Shown piece after piece: positions 9,242-19,225 of a stretch of DNA of 64,000 bases. The translations under genes and the position numbers were made by a program. Every line of letters begins with the position of its first letter. Position 1 is the first letter of the stretch. The notes beneath the pieces were generated by a model. The model was given only the letters and a program-made list of their open reading frames with translations. It was not told where the DNA came from and searched no databases. Source of the DNA: an uncultured Chloroflexia bacterium. Lineage in GTDB: Bacteria; Chloroflexota; Limnocylindria; Limnocylindrales; CSP1-4. Where the stretch lies: positions 2,666 to 66,665 of the forward strand of contig CAVYXU010000064.1 in NCBI GenBank assembly GCA_963772565.1, in the 5' to 3' direction.

Positions 9242-10122
9242 CCGCGACGATCGAATCGACGACACACACCCTGGCTGTCCCGGGCGCCACGCTGACATAC
9301 GATGTCCGCCCGGGCGGTGCTGCGGGCTCCCCTCGCCTGCTGCTCATCGGTTCGCCGATGGGCGCCGGCGGATTCGCGACGCTGGCGAGTCACTTCGCCG
9401 ATCGCACCGTCGTGACCTACGACCCGCGCGGCATCGAGCGCAGCACCAAAGACAACCCGGCCAGCTCGTCCACGCCGGAGCAGCACGCGGATGATCTCCA
9501 CCGGATCATCGACGAGCTCGGTGGCGGGCCGGTGGAGGTGTTCGCGAGCAGCGGCGGGGCGGTCAACGCGCTCGCGCTCGTGGCCGCTCACCCTGATCAG
9601 GTCCGGACGCTCGTCGCGCACGAGCCGCCGCTCGCCTCGATCCTCTCCGATTACGAGGGTGCAATGGCGGCTTGCGAGGCCGTCTCCGACGCGTACCAGC
9701 AGCACGGCTTTGGTGCCGGCATGGCTCGCTTCATCGCCGTCGTGAGCCACCAGGGCCCGTTCGACCCCGCCGAGGCCGGCCAGCCTGGTCCGGATCCCGC
9801 GATGTTCGGGCTGCCGACCGAGGATGACGGCAACCGAAACGATCCGCTGCTGTTCCAGAACATCGTCTCGTCCACGCATTACGAGCCGGACTTCGTCGCG
9901 CTGCGTGCGGCCCCGACGAGGATCGTCCTGGGCGCCGGTGCCGAGTCCGCGGGAACGCTGGCGCACCGCGGTGCGCTGGCCACCGCGGAGCAGCTCGGGG
10001 CGGAGCCCGTGATCTTCCCCGGCGACCACGGCGGCTTCCTGGGCGGTGAGTACGGCCAGCGGGGCGATCCCGATGGCTTCGCTGCGAAGCTGCGTGAGGT
10101 GCTTGCCTCGCCGCGAGACTGA
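9238..10122 (+). CDS. alpha/beta-fold hydrolase
   Basis: The internal start MTATIESTTHTLAVPG... overlaps the previous stop. Nucleophile-elbow-like FASSGGA; C-terminal GDHGGF. Confidence 0.85.
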   Translation: MTATIESTTHTLAVPGATLTYDVRPGGAAGSPRLLLIGSPMGAGGFATLASHFADRTVVTYDPRGIERSTKDNPASSSTPEQHADDLHRIIDELGGGPVEVFASSGGAVNALALVAAHPDQVRTLVAHEPPLASILSDYEGAMAACEAVSDAYQQHGFGAGMARFIAVVSHQGPFDPAEAGQPGPDPAMFGLPTEDDGNRNDPLLFQNIVSSTHYEPDFVALRAAPTRIVLGAGAESAGTLAHRGALATAEQLGAEPVIFPGDHGGFLGGEYGQRGDPDGFAAKLREVLASPRD

Positions 10123-10201
10123 CCCGCCTGATCGTACGCACCCGGGGAGTCACAGATTGCGCCGAGTATGGATTAGCCTTCGCTCCCGCAGGCGCGGCCC
10201 G

Positions 10202-10660
10202 CTACGTCCCCAGCGGCGCGAAGCGTTCCACGTACTCTGCCCGCCATGCCGGCGCCTCGAACGGTGCGGCGTACCAGGACGTGGTCCTGGCGATCTTGCC
10301 TTGGCGAAGCTCGATGATCTGGATCAGCTGCCACGTTTCGCCGTTCGCGTAGGTCGCGGTCCCGACGTACGTGTAGACATCGCCCGAGCCCTCGATCCGC
10401 AACGCTGCGAAGGTCGGGGTCAACACCCAGCGGTCCTCTGCGCCGACGAGCCGAGTGCTCTGCCTATCGATCGTTCCGACTCCACCCGGGTAGCTGTGCA
10501 AGAGGGCGAGCTGGTTCGCCTTGCCCCGGATGCGTTCCCCTGACTGGGGCATCTCATCGACATAGTCGTCGGTGATGAGCAGCGCCAGAGCGTCGTGATC
10601 CTTGTCCTGCAAGGCGCGCGCGTAGCGCTCGACGATTGCTCGACCGCTGGGCTCAGTCAT
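10202..10660 (-). CDS. SnoaL/NTF2-like fold protein
   Basis: MTEPSGRAIVERYARALQDKDHDALALLITDDYVDEMPQSGERIRGKA... is a typical SnoaL-like N-terminus. Confidence 0.7.
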   Translation of the reverse strand: MTEPSGRAIVERYARALQDKDHDALALLITDDYVDEMPQSGERIRGKANQLALLHSYPGGVGTIDRQSTRLVGAEDRWVLTPTFAALRIEGSGDVYTYVGTATYANGETWQLIQIIELRQGKIARTTSWYAAPFEAPAWRAEYVERFAPLGT

Positions 10661-10871
10661 CCTGTCCTCCACCTCGCGCCCTCGCTGCACCAGCGAGTCG
10701 TGGCCATTCTATGGTGCAGCCGCCGACTCCCGGGTTCGTGTGATCGGCGTTCATTGCCTCGGCCACAGCCAGCCGCGCCAGACCACATTTCAGAGCGGAG
10801 TCACCTGGGTGACGACTGCGTGGAACTACTCCGCCTGGCCGGCGTCGAGGGCAGAGCGGCGCCCGGGGCGA

Positions 10872-11354
10872 TCACAGCGGATGGAGCTCGAACACCCGGC
10901 GGCCCTCCGCCATCGCCTCGGGACGGTCCACGTCGACGCCGTCGATGGCGCGGATGAACCAGACGCCGAAGCGCATGCCGCGCGCGACGGGGCCCAGGAC
11001 GTCACGGAAGAACGCGACCCGCTCCGGGAGGTCGAGCTCGGTCGCGCGAACCTCTTCGGTCTCGCGGCGAACGGTGATCGTCGCGTGGCCGGCGGCCCGC
11101 AGGTTCCGCACCCAGTCCGTCTCGCCCCAGGGGGACCACACCCAGCGCCGGTCACCGGCCTCGATGATCGCCAGCGGCGTGCTGCGAGCGCGACCGCTCC
11201 GGCGACCGGGGACGGTGAGGAGCACGTTGGGGCCCATCGGCATCCCGGCACCGAGCAGGCGCCTCGAGATGGGGTTGAGCAGCGGGACGATCCGCGGCAG
11301 ACGTCCCGGCTGGTGCATGCCAGCGGTGCGGGAGTCGGCGGTCGTATTCGTCAT
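10872..11354 (-). CDS. deazaflavin-dependent oxidoreductase, nitroreductase/DUF385 family (second copy)
   Basis: LLTVPGRRSGRARSTPLAIIEAGDRRWVWSPWGETDWVRNLRAAGHATI... Confidence 0.8.
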   Translation of the reverse strand: MTNTTADSRTAGMHQPGRLPRIVPLLNPISRRLLGAGMPMGPNVLLTVPGRRSGRARSTPLAIIEAGDRRWVWSPWGETDWVRNLRAAGHATITVRRETEEVRATELDLPERVAFFRDVLGPVARGMRFGVWFIRAIDGVDVDRPEAMAEGRRVFELHPL

Positions 11355-11488
11355 CGGTCACATCCTTTCGGAATCTGGTGTCATCAAGGTGAACCCGCGC
11401 AACCGGCCGATGTGACAACGTGTCGCGCCGACGCTGCCGACGGATCGATCGGCACCGGGGCGGGCGATCCATGGTTGGATGTGACGCG

Positions 11489-12385
11489 ATGACCGATCAG
11501 GACCTGCTGGCGCAGGAGTTCGAGGCCAACCGCCCGCACCTGCGAGCGGTTGCCTATCGCATGCTCGGTTCGCTGGCCGAGGCGGACGACGCGGTCCAGG
11601 AGGCGTGGATCCGGCTCAGCCGGTCCGACACCAGCGAGGTCGCGAACCTGCGCGCCTGGCTGACCACCGTGGTTGCCCGCGTATGCCTCAACTTCCTTCG
11701 CACGCGGAGGACCCGCCCCGAGGCGCCCCTCGAGTCCCACGTCGCAGATCCGATCGTGAGCCCTCCGGCGGGGATCGATCCCGAGCACGAGGCGCTGCTC
11801 GGCGACTCGGTCGGACTCGCGCTGCTCGCGGTCCTCGACACCCTGAACCCCGGGGAGCGCATCGCGTTCGTGCTCCACGACGTGTTCGGCGTCCCGTTCG
11901 ACGAGATCGCACCGATCGTCGGCCGGTCGTCCGCCGCAGCCCGGCAGCTCGCGAGCCGGGCTCGTCGCCGTGTTCGCGGGGCGCCGGTACCCGATGCTGA
12001 TCTGCGCGCGCAGTGGGCCGTGGTCGATGCGTTCCTCGCGGCCTCACGTGACGGTGACTTCGAGCGGCTGCTGGCGGTGCTCGATCCCGATGTCGTGCTT
12101 CGCTCCGATGGCGGCCCGGACCGACCCGGGCTGGTATCGCTGCTCCGCGGCTCGGACGCCGTCGCCGCGGGCGCGATGTCCTTCCGGCGGCTCGCGAAGA
12201 CGGCGACGCGTGCGCTGATCAACGGCGTCCCGGGCGGCGTGGCGTGGACGCCGGACGGTCGCCCGTTCGCCGTCGTCTCGCTCACGGTCGCCCGCGGCCG
12301 GATCGTCTCGATCGACATCCTGGCCGACCCGCAGCGGCTGAGCCGGCTGGATCTCAGCTCGGGTGCGGACGGGGCGAGCTTCTAG
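11489..12385 (+). CDS. ECF sigma factor, SigJ-like, with SnoaL-like C-terminal extension
   Basis: MTDQDLLAQEFEANRPHLRAVAYRMLGSLAEADDAVQEAWIRL (region 2), ERIAFVLHDVFGVPFDEIAPIVGRSSAAARQLASRARRRV (region 4), then a ~110-aa NTF2-like tail. Confidence 0.85.
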   Translation: MTDQDLLAQEFEANRPHLRAVAYRMLGSLAEADDAVQEAWIRLSRSDTSEVANLRAWLTTVVARVCLNFLRTRRTRPEAPLESHVADPIVSPPAGIDPEHEALLGDSVGLALLAVLDTLNPGERIAFVLHDVFGVPFDEIAPIVGRSSAAARQLASRARRRVRGAPVPDADLRAQWAVVDAFLAASRDGDFERLLAVLDPDVVLRSDGGPDRPGLVSLLRGSDAVAAGAMSFRRLAKTATRALINGVPGGVAWTPDGRPFAVVSLTVARGRIVSIDILADPQRLSRLDLSSGADGASF

Positions 12386-13836
12386 CTGCGGGGTTGCGGC
12401 GTCGGCGTTGCCGCGGAGCTGCGCTGCTGGGGCACGATCGCCGCGGGGGCGATGTTGTGGTTGACCTTGAACACGTTGCCGGGGTCCCAGGTCCGCTTGA
12501 GCGCCGCGAGACGGGCGAGCTTCGCGTCGCCGTAGATCAGACGCGTGTGCTCGGGGCCTGCATCGGAGACCTCGTTCGCGTAGCGGCCGAGCGTCGCATC
12601 GGGCTCGACCACTGCCATCACGCGCCGGACCCACTCGCGGTTCTGGTCATCGTGCGCCGGGTCGGTCCACGCGGCGTCGGTGCTGAGGTCGAACACGGCC
12701 CTCCGTCCGGCGTACGCGGTCCCCTCCTCCGGGACGCGGCCGATCGCGCCACCCAGCGCCGTGATCGAGAAGGTGCCGTCGCCCGGCGCGGTCGCGACCA
12801 GCTCGACGAGCTCGTCGAGGGCGCCGGGACGCACGTCGTCCGCGTTGCACCCCTGGATGAACGAGCGGCTTCCCCATGCGAACACGAGGTCATGCGCGGT
12901 CTGGACGTCGAGATAGGGCCGGCTGCCGACGGTGGAGGCGGCCGGTTTCGGGCCGCTTCGCAGACCGGCCGTGTCCCGCTCGACCGCGTCCGCCGCGCCG
13001 CTGTGGTTGTAGGCGATGTAGACGATCGGCCGGCCGCGGAGGTCCTCCGGGTAGCCGTTGTCAGAACCCGCACGGTCGAGGCCGAAGATGACCGACACCG
13101 CCTCGGGCGCGTTCCGCGCGTAGTCGCTGAAGACCTCCCACACGTCGTGGACCTCGGTCGCCGGGTAGACCGTGACGCCGCGATGGAGGTCGGGTCCGAA
13201 CGGCTGGAGCCGGAGTTCGAAGGCCGTTGCGATCCCGAAGTTCCAGCCCGCGCCGCGGAGGCCCCAGAACAGGTCGGGCTCCTCCGTCTCCGAGGCGCGC
13301 ACGAGCCGGCCGTCGGCCGTGACCAGCTCGACTGCGGCGAGGTTGTCGATCGTGAGCCCGAACTGGCGTTGCAGCCGGCCGACCCCACCGCCCAGGGTCA
13401 GCCCAGCAACGCCGGTGTGGCCGACGACGCCGACGGGACACACGAGCCCGTGCGCCTGGGCGGCGACATCGAGCTCACCGAGGAGCGCGCCGCCGTTCGC
13501 CCGGGCGGTGCGGGATCGCGGATCGACCGCTACCCCGCGCATGGCCGACATGTCCACGACCACGCAGCCCTCGCGGCCGGTGAACGCGGCCAGGCTATGG
13601 CCGCCCGACCTGACGGTGATCTCGAGGTCGTGATCGCGGCCGAAGCGGATCGCTGTGGCGACTTCCTCAGGGCTCGTCGGCCGCACGATCATCGCCGGCC
13701 GCCGATCGTGGAGCGCGTTCCACAGGCGGCGGGCATCGTCGTATGGGGCGTCGGCGGGCAGGATCACCTCGCCGCTGAACGATCGGCGAAGCCGGTCGAT
13801 GTCGCGCGAGCGGAGGCAAAGGGACGCCGCGGGCAT
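12382..13836 (-). CDS. FAD-linked oxidase (VAO/BBE-like)
   Basis: Internal start MPAASLCL... of track ORF 12382..14655. FAD-binding RSGGHSLAAF; C-terminal BBE-like YANE...YGDAKLARLAALKRTWDPGNVF. The start lies 2 nt after the stop of the upstream gene. Confidence 0.85.
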   Translation of the reverse strand: MPAASLCLRSRDIDRLRRSFSGEVILPADAPYDDARRLWNALHDRRPAMIVRPTSPEEVATAIRFGRDHDLEITVRSGGHSLAAFTGREGCVVVDMSAMRGVAVDPRSRTARANGGALLGELDVAAQAHGLVCPVGVVGHTGVAGLTLGGGVGRLQRQFGLTIDNLAAVELVTADGRLVRASETEEPDLFWGLRGAGWNFGIATAFELRLQPFGPDLHRGVTVYPATEVHDVWEVFSDYARNAPEAVSVIFGLDRAGSDNGYPEDLRGRPIVYIAYNHSGAADAVERDTAGLRSGPKPAASTVGSRPYLDVQTAHDLVFAWGSRSFIQGCNADDVRPGALDELVELVATAPGDGTFSITALGGAIGRVPEEGTAYAGRRAVFDLSTDAAWTDPAHDDQNREWVRRVMAVVEPDATLGRYANEVSDAGPEHTRLIYGDAKLARLAALKRTWDPGNVFKVNHNIAPAAIVPQQRSSAATPTPQPRS

Positions 13837-13838
13837 CG

Positions 13839-15086
13839 TCAGCTCCAGGGGGACGAGAGATGCGTCAGCGGCTCGCGGTCCGGCAGTACGTCGGCCTGGA
13901 GGGCCGGGTCCGCCGCCGCCACGTAACGCTCGTCGAGACCCAGCTCCTTGAGGACGATGTTGCGTCCCTGCGCGATGCCGGTGGCCTTGAAGAAGGCGAC
14001 GGTTCGGTTGAAGCCCTGGCGGCCGAACCCGCAGTCGCTCGAGAGGACCAGCTTGTCGGCCGGGATGACCTCGAGCGCGCGCCGGATCCGGCCGGCGACG
14101 ACCGGCGGCATGTCGGCCTGGAGGCTGCGGTGGTTCACGACGCCCACGGCGACCTTCTTGCTCAGATTGCCGGCATACGGCTTGAACAGGTCGATCTCCG
14201 CGAAGTTGTTCTCGGTCATCTCGACCGTCCACACGTCGCCCTTGAGGCGCTCCAGGTAGGTCTCGATGGAGTTCGCGTACGACTCGCCGGTGTAGACCTT
14301 CTGCATGTTGGGGTTGCCCCAGCACGTGTGGATCCACAGCTCGACATCGTCCAACCCGTCGACCTCGTGGTTGAACGCGTCGACCATGAAGTCGAGCAGC
14401 TCCTTCTCCTCGGGGTGGAAGCACGCCGTGAAGTGGATCGTCGGCTCCTCGATCTGGATGACCCTCGCCCCGGCGGCCGCGAGCTGGCGCAGCTCGACGT
14501 TCATCGCGCCTGCCATGTCCCAGATCAGCTGCTTCTTGTCGTCCAGGTCGTACTCGGACGTGTGGCTGTCGAGGAAGATCGAGAGGACCTGCGACGAGCA
14601 GGTCCCGAACTTGACGGGCTTGCCCGAGGCCGCGCGCGCCTGGGCGATTCGCCACAGCTTGGCGTACTCGAGCGGGTTCTTCGGATCGGGCTCGACCTTG
14701 CCCACGACGCGCGGCCAGCGCCAGGTCGTCTCGATCTCGTTCATCAGCGTGCCCGGCGCGAACGCGAGCAGCGCGTCACGTGACCGGGCGTACTGCAGCT
14801 CCTCGTGCTCCAGTCCCTTCCAGCGCTGGAGCGGGTAGTGGTGCCACGAGCGACCCGCGAAGTCCTCGTCGAGGTGGTAGTCGCCGTTGGTCAGGATGTC
14901 GAGCCCGGCGCGCTCCTGGTCCGCGATCACGGTGGCGTGCGCATCGAGGAACTGTTCGCGGAACCGGACGTCCAGCAACGCGGTGTCGAGTGGCCGCCCC
15001 CACAGGCCGCCGTCGTACCAGCGCGGTCGCGGCCACGATCCGGTGACAGTCGCTGGGAGCATCAGGTCCTTGGTGGCCGTGAACAT
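13839..15086 (-). CDS. cobalamin-independent methionine synthase (MetE C-terminal domain)-like family protein
   Basis: MFTATKDLMLPATVTGSWPRPRWY..., ...IQIEEPTIH..., ...WIHTCWGN..., ...LVLSSDCGF... match the Meth_synt_2-type motif order. Confidence 0.8.
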   Translation of the reverse strand: MFTATKDLMLPATVTGSWPRPRWYDGGLWGRPLDTALLDVRFREQFLDAHATVIADQERAGLDILTNGDYHLDEDFAGRSWHHYPLQRWKGLEHEELQYARSRDALLAFAPGTLMNEIETTWRWPRVVGKVEPDPKNPLEYAKLWRIAQARAASGKPVKFGTCSSQVLSIFLDSHTSEYDLDDKKQLIWDMAGAMNVELRQLAAAGARVIQIEEPTIHFTACFHPEEKELLDFMVDAFNHEVDGLDDVELWIHTCWGNPNMQKVYTGESYANSIETYLERLKGDVWTVEMTENNFAEIDLFKPYAGNLSKKVAVGVVNHRSLQADMPPVVAGRIRRALEVIPADKLVLSSDCGFGRQGFNRTVAFFKATGIAQGRNIVLKELGLDERYVAAADPALQADVLPDREPLTHLSSPWS

Positions 15087-15209
15087 CGCGCATTGCCTCC
15101 TGTCGAGAACCGCGGTGTGGGGCGACCGCTGTCAGAGGCGAGTCTACGGACCGGCGGCGGTGACGTCGGCGTGCAATCCGCGCCGCGAGTCCGCATCGCG
15201 GCCATCGGC

Positions 15210-17222
15210 CTACCCACGCTTGGAGAGCCACGCCAGCCACGCATCGCGATCGAGCGGGTTCGGGCCGGAGCGTTCGCGGGTCGGCGGGTTGTCGCTGATG
15301 GGCTGGTAGCCGCCGGGTCGCATCTCCAGAATCCCCTCCCCCATCGACAGGCCGGGCAGCCGGCTCTGAAAGGTGCGGACGCTCGCGACAGGCATCACGG
15401 CGTCGACCCTGGAGACGTCGTTCGCGGAGAACTGGCCACGGACGCGCCCGCCGAGCCGCCCGAGCATCGCCAGCACGCCCGGTGCCGTCGACGACGGAAC
15501 CTCGAGCGCAAGGTCCGCGAGCGGCTCGCACACCCAGGTGCCGGCGCGCCCGATGGCGGTCATCAGCACCAGCTGCGTGAGGCGGCGGTAGTCGGCGGGC
15601 GACGTGACCGGTGACATGTAGCCGCTGTCCGTCATCGTCACCCGGCAGTCGGTCACCTGCCATCCGGCCAGTCCCTCGGCCAGCGCCTCCTGAACGTACG
15701 CCTCCATCTGCCTGACGAACGTGTCGACCGTATGGAACAGGTAGAGCGGCACGAGCCGCGGCTCGACGGCGGCGCGGAATTCGATCCCCGACCCCGGCGC
15801 TGCCGGCTCGATGCGAAGGGCGAGCGTGGCCAGGAACGGGTTCGTGCTCAGCGGCGAGCTTCGTCCCGTGATGTTGGTGTGCGTCTTCGCGTAGATGACC
15901 TCTTCGGCTGCTCCTGCCCCGGCCGGGCGTTCGATGCACACCGTCGTCGTCTCGCGGAAGTCGGCGGCGATGCCGTAGTCGCGCGCCAGCGTCGCGCCGA
16001 TGACCTCCTTCTGGACCTCCCCGTAGAGCGAGACCGAGATCTCGTGCCGGTGGTCGTCCTGGCGGACGTCGATGAGCGGGTCCTGGTCGGCAAGCTGCGC
16101 CAGCGCCGCTCGGAGGCTGCCGGACTGCTCCGGCCGGATCGGGTACACGACGGCCTCCAGCGCGGGTCGCGGGAAGCGCGTGGTGACCGCCTCGCCGGGT
16201 GGCGGCTCGCCGATGGCATCGCCGACCCGGACCGTCCCGAGACCGCGGACCGCCGCCATCTCCCCCGCCACCAGCACGTCGCGGCGCGGGGCGCCCGCCG
16301 GTGCGAAGACCCGGATCGACGTCGGCTTCGCCTCGTCTCCACCTCCGACGCGCACACGCTTGCGAGGACGAAGCGTGCCGGCGAACAGGCGGACGTACGC
16401 GACCCGCTCGCCCGACGCGGTGCGCTCGATCTTGAACACGCGACCGGAAACGGCGGCGTCGGGGTCGCCCGGGGCGCCCGACAGCAGCGCGTCGACGCCG
16501 GCCAGCAGCGCATCAATCCCGACACCCAGGACTGCCGATCCGAAGTACACCGGGTGGACCTGGCCCTGCTGCGTCTGCGCCGCGAGCTGTGCGCGCAGGC
16601 GGGAAGGAGAGAGCGAGACCTCGTCGCGCACGTACGCGCTGAGGATCGACTCGTCGTGCTCGGCCAGGAGCTCCGCCAGCCTCGTCTGGTGCGCCTCGTC
16701 ATCCGCCGCGAACGGCAGGAACGTCGCATCCCGACGGCCGGCGTCGTGCACCGTTCCCATCGGCACCATGCCGGGCGACAGCCGGCGGGTCATCGCCTCG
16801 ACTGTTCCCGTGGGGTCAGCCCCGGCCCGGTCGATCTTGTTGACGAAGATCAGGGTCGGGACGTGGAGCCGCTGGAGAGCGCGGAAGAGCAGCGGGGTCT
16901 GCGGCTGGACGCCCTCGACGCTGGACACGACGAGGACCGCCCCGTCGAGCACGCCAAGGACACGCTCGACCTCCGCGATGAAGTCGGGGTGGCCGGGGGT
17001 GTCGACCAGGTTGACCGCGAGGTCACCGACCAGGAACGAGGCGACGGCGGACCGGATCGTGATCCCGCGTTCACGCTCGAGGTCGAGCGAGTCGGTCTGG
17101 GTGGTGCCGGCGTCGACACTGCCGGCGCGATCGATGGCGCCGGCCGTGAACAGCAGGCGCTCGGTGAGGGTGGTCTTACCCGCGTCGACGTGGGCGAGGA
17201 TGCCGAGGTTGAGCGTGCGCAT
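15210..17222 (-). CDS. Tet(M)/Otr(A)-like ribosomal protection GTPase (EF-G paralogue)
   Basis: MRTLNLGILAHVDAGKTTLTERLLFTAGAIDRAGSVDAGTTQTDSLDLERERGITI...DTPGHPDF...NKIDR. It is 670 aa. The N-terminus follows the TetM-type GxLAHVDAGKTTLTE signature rather than the EF-G one. Confidence 0.85.
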   Translation of the reverse strand: MRTLNLGILAHVDAGKTTLTERLLFTAGAIDRAGSVDAGTTQTDSLDLERERGITIRSAVASFLVGDLAVNLVDTPGHPDFIAEVERVLGVLDGAVLVVSSVEGVQPQTPLLFRALQRLHVPTLIFVNKIDRAGADPTGTVEAMTRRLSPGMVPMGTVHDAGRRDATFLPFAADDEAHQTRLAELLAEHDESILSAYVRDEVSLSPSRLRAQLAAQTQQGQVHPVYFGSAVLGVGIDALLAGVDALLSGAPGDPDAAVSGRVFKIERTASGERVAYVRLFAGTLRPRKRVRVGGGDEAKPTSIRVFAPAGAPRRDVLVAGEMAAVRGLGTVRVGDAIGEPPPGEAVTTRFPRPALEAVVYPIRPEQSGSLRAALAQLADQDPLIDVRQDDHRHEISVSLYGEVQKEVIGATLARDYGIAADFRETTTVCIERPAGAGAAEEVIYAKTHTNITGRSSPLSTNPFLATLALRIEPAAPGSGIEFRAAVEPRLVPLYLFHTVDTFVRQMEAYVQEALAEGLAGWQVTDCRVTMTDSGYMSPVTSPADYRRLTQLVLMTAIGRAGTWVCEPLADLALEVPSSTAPGVLAMLGRLGGRVRGQFSANDVSRVDAVMPVASVRTFQSRLPGLSMGEGILEMRPGGYQPISDNPPTRERSGPNPLDRDAWLAWLSKRG

Positions 17223-17241
17223 GGGACCTCATGCCTTCCGA

Positions 17242-17257
17242 GGAGGTGATCACCTTC
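17242..17257 (-). promoter_or_regulatory. near-perfect 16-bp palindrome (core GGTGATCACC) in the leader of the ribosomal-protection gene
   Basis: The plus strand reads GGAGGTGATCACCTTC. By eye, 14 of 16 positions are self-complementary. It lies 20-35 nt upstream of the ATG at 17222. Confidence 0.3.
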
Positions 17258-17435
17258 TGGCTGGACATGGGTGCTCCCATCTCGCTCCTTCCTCACGTCA
17301 ACGCGTGCTGCGCGGCTGCTGTACAGAATGTCGCATGCAGGGTCAAGCCGGGCCGCACGTCCGGGCAAACCCTCACGGCTGATGCCGGGCTCACGCGGAT
17401 GCCTCTTCCCGCTCGCCAGGCGCGGCAGCGCTTCG

Positions 17436-19136
17436 CTAGGCGCGCGGATCGAGCTCCCCAAGGCGCTCCGTGAGACGCAGGTTCTCGCGGTAGTCGATCG
17501 GCACCTCGACGAGCGCCGGGCCATCCACGGCGAGAGCATCAGCGAGGCAGGCTGCCAGCCCCGCCGAGGACTCGGGCCTGAACGCGGGCATCCCGAACGA
17601 GCGCGCCAGGGCCACGAAATCCGGGTTGCCGAACGTCACGCCGAACAGCCGGCCGAACTCGTTGCGCTGCTTCCAGTCGATCAGCCCGTAGCCATCGTCG
17701 CGCCACACCACGACCGTGACCTTGGCCCGCAGGCGCACGGCGGTCTCGAGCTCCTGGACGTTCATCAGCAATCCCCCGTCGCCGCACAGCGCGACCACGC
17801 GCCGATCCGGATGCACCAGCGAGGCGGCGATTGCGCCCGGCAACGCGATCCCCATCGAGGCGAAGCCGTTGCTGATGATCACCGTGTTCGGCTCGTAGGT
17901 CTGGTACAGCCGCGCGACCCAGATCTTGTGGGCTCCCACGTCCGAGACCACGATATCGTGCGGGCCGAGCGCCCGGCGCAGCTCGAGGATCGCCTTCTGC
18001 GGCTTCACCACCGGGGCGTCGTCATCCTCGAACGATCGGAGCTCCTCGAGCAGCTGCTGCCGCAGGTCTGCGTTGATCAGCGTCTCCTGCGAGGCGTGGC
18101 GCTCCGCCCCGCTTCGTCCGTTGATGCCGCGGGGCTCGACTGCCTCGAGCAGCCGACGGAGCGACCCGTCGATGTCGCCGATGAGCTCCACCATCGGCCG
18201 ATACGAGGCATCCACCTCGGCCGGCTGGGTGTCGATGTGGAGAATCCGCTTGGTCCCATCCGGGTTCCAGCGCGATGGCCCGTACTCCACCAGGTCATAG
18301 CCGACGCAGATCACGAGGTCCGCCCGATCGAACCCGGACAGGACATGGTCGCGCGCCTGGAGTCCGACGGCCATCAGCGACAGGTGCGACCGGTCATCCA
18401 TGGCGCCCTTGCCCATGAACGTCTCGGCGACCGGCACGTGGAGAACATCCGCGAACGTCCGCAGGGCACCGGCGGCGTGGCGGCGCAGGACGCCGTTCCC
18501 CGCGAGCACGATGGGACGCGACGAGGAAGCGACCAGCGATGCGGCGTGCGCGATCGCCTCGTCGGTCGGCTGGGGGAAGTAGGCCCGTGAGGGCGCGAGG
18601 GGCTGGAGCCGGGGATCCACGTGGGACGCGGCGATGTCCTCCGGGATCTCGATGTGGGTGGGACCCGGCTTCTCCAGGCGGGCTGTGCGGAAGGCCCTCG
18701 CCACCGTCTCGGGGATCGCATCGACCCGCCCGATCCGGGACGTCCACTTGGTCACCGGCTCCAGCATCCGCGGGATGTCGACCAGCTGGTGCGATTCCTT
18801 GTGCAGCTTGTCCGAACCGGTCTGGCCCGTGATCGCAACCATCGACGCGTGATCCAGGTACGCGTCGGCGATCCCGGTGACGAGGTTCGTGGCGCCCGGA
18901 CCGAGGGTGGCCATGGCAACCGCGCACTGCCCGGTCAGACGTCCGTAGACGTCGGCCATGAACGCCGCCCCCTGCTCGTGTCGGGTCGTGATGTGCCGCA
19001 CGCGCTGGTCATCGGCGAGGGCATCGAGGATGTCCATCGTCTCCTCGCCGGGAACCGAGAAGACCCACTCGCAACCCTCGGCCGCGAGGCAATCGACGAG
19101 GAGGCGCGACGCAGTGCGGCGAGTGTCGGGTGTCAT
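17436..19136 (-). CDS. acetolactate synthase-like thiamine-diphosphate enzyme (AlsS type)
   Basis: 566 aa. VFSVPGEETMDILDAL, ...GPGATNLVTGIADAYLD..., ThDP motif GDGGLLMNVQELET... Confidence 0.85.
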   Translation of the reverse strand: MTPDTRRTASRLLVDCLAAEGCEWVFSVPGEETMDILDALADDQRVRHITTRHEQGAAFMADVYGRLTGQCAVAMATLGPGATNLVTGIADAYLDHASMVAITGQTGSDKLHKESHQLVDIPRMLEPVTKWTSRIGRVDAIPETVARAFRTARLEKPGPTHIEIPEDIAASHVDPRLQPLAPSRAYFPQPTDEAIAHAASLVASSSRPIVLAGNGVLRRHAAGALRTFADVLHVPVAETFMGKGAMDDRSHLSLMAVGLQARDHVLSGFDRADLVICVGYDLVEYGPSRWNPDGTKRILHIDTQPAEVDASYRPMVELIGDIDGSLRRLLEAVEPRGINGRSGAERHASQETLINADLRQQLLEELRSFEDDDAPVVKPQKAILELRRALGPHDIVVSDVGAHKIWVARLYQTYEPNTVIISNGFASMGIALPGAIAASLVHPDRRVVALCGDGGLLMNVQELETAVRLRAKVTVVVWRDDGYGLIDWKQRNEFGRLFGVTFGNPDFVALARSFGMPAFRPESSAGLAACLADALAVDGPALVEVPIDYRENLRLTERLGELDPRA

Positions 19137-19225
19137 GGGCTCAGTCTAGGCGCACGCCTCGATCCCGGCGGACGGGCGGTAAGATCGCCTCACCACGCTA
19201 CGTGCGTGCCAGGAGCCAACGAGTC

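Noticed and set aside
10775-10830. Perfect 14-bp palindrome GTCACCTGGGTGAC between the DUF385 gene and the SnoaL-like gene
   Set aside because: It is a real palindrome but short and isolated. It could be a terminator stem or an operator, and I have no basis to choose between them.
12382-14655. Single 757-aa ORF
   Set aside because: Only the C-terminal 484 codons (from ATG 13836) form the FAD-linked oxidase. The N-terminal part is an out-of-frame read through the MetE-like gene (13839..15086), which has its own coherent frame.
15087-15209. Possible SAM or cobalamin riboswitch upstream of the MetE-like gene
   Set aside because: I read the minus strand and found no B12-box or SAM-I/IV-like conserved cores. 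Only a TAGACT -10-like hexamer and an RBS are visible.
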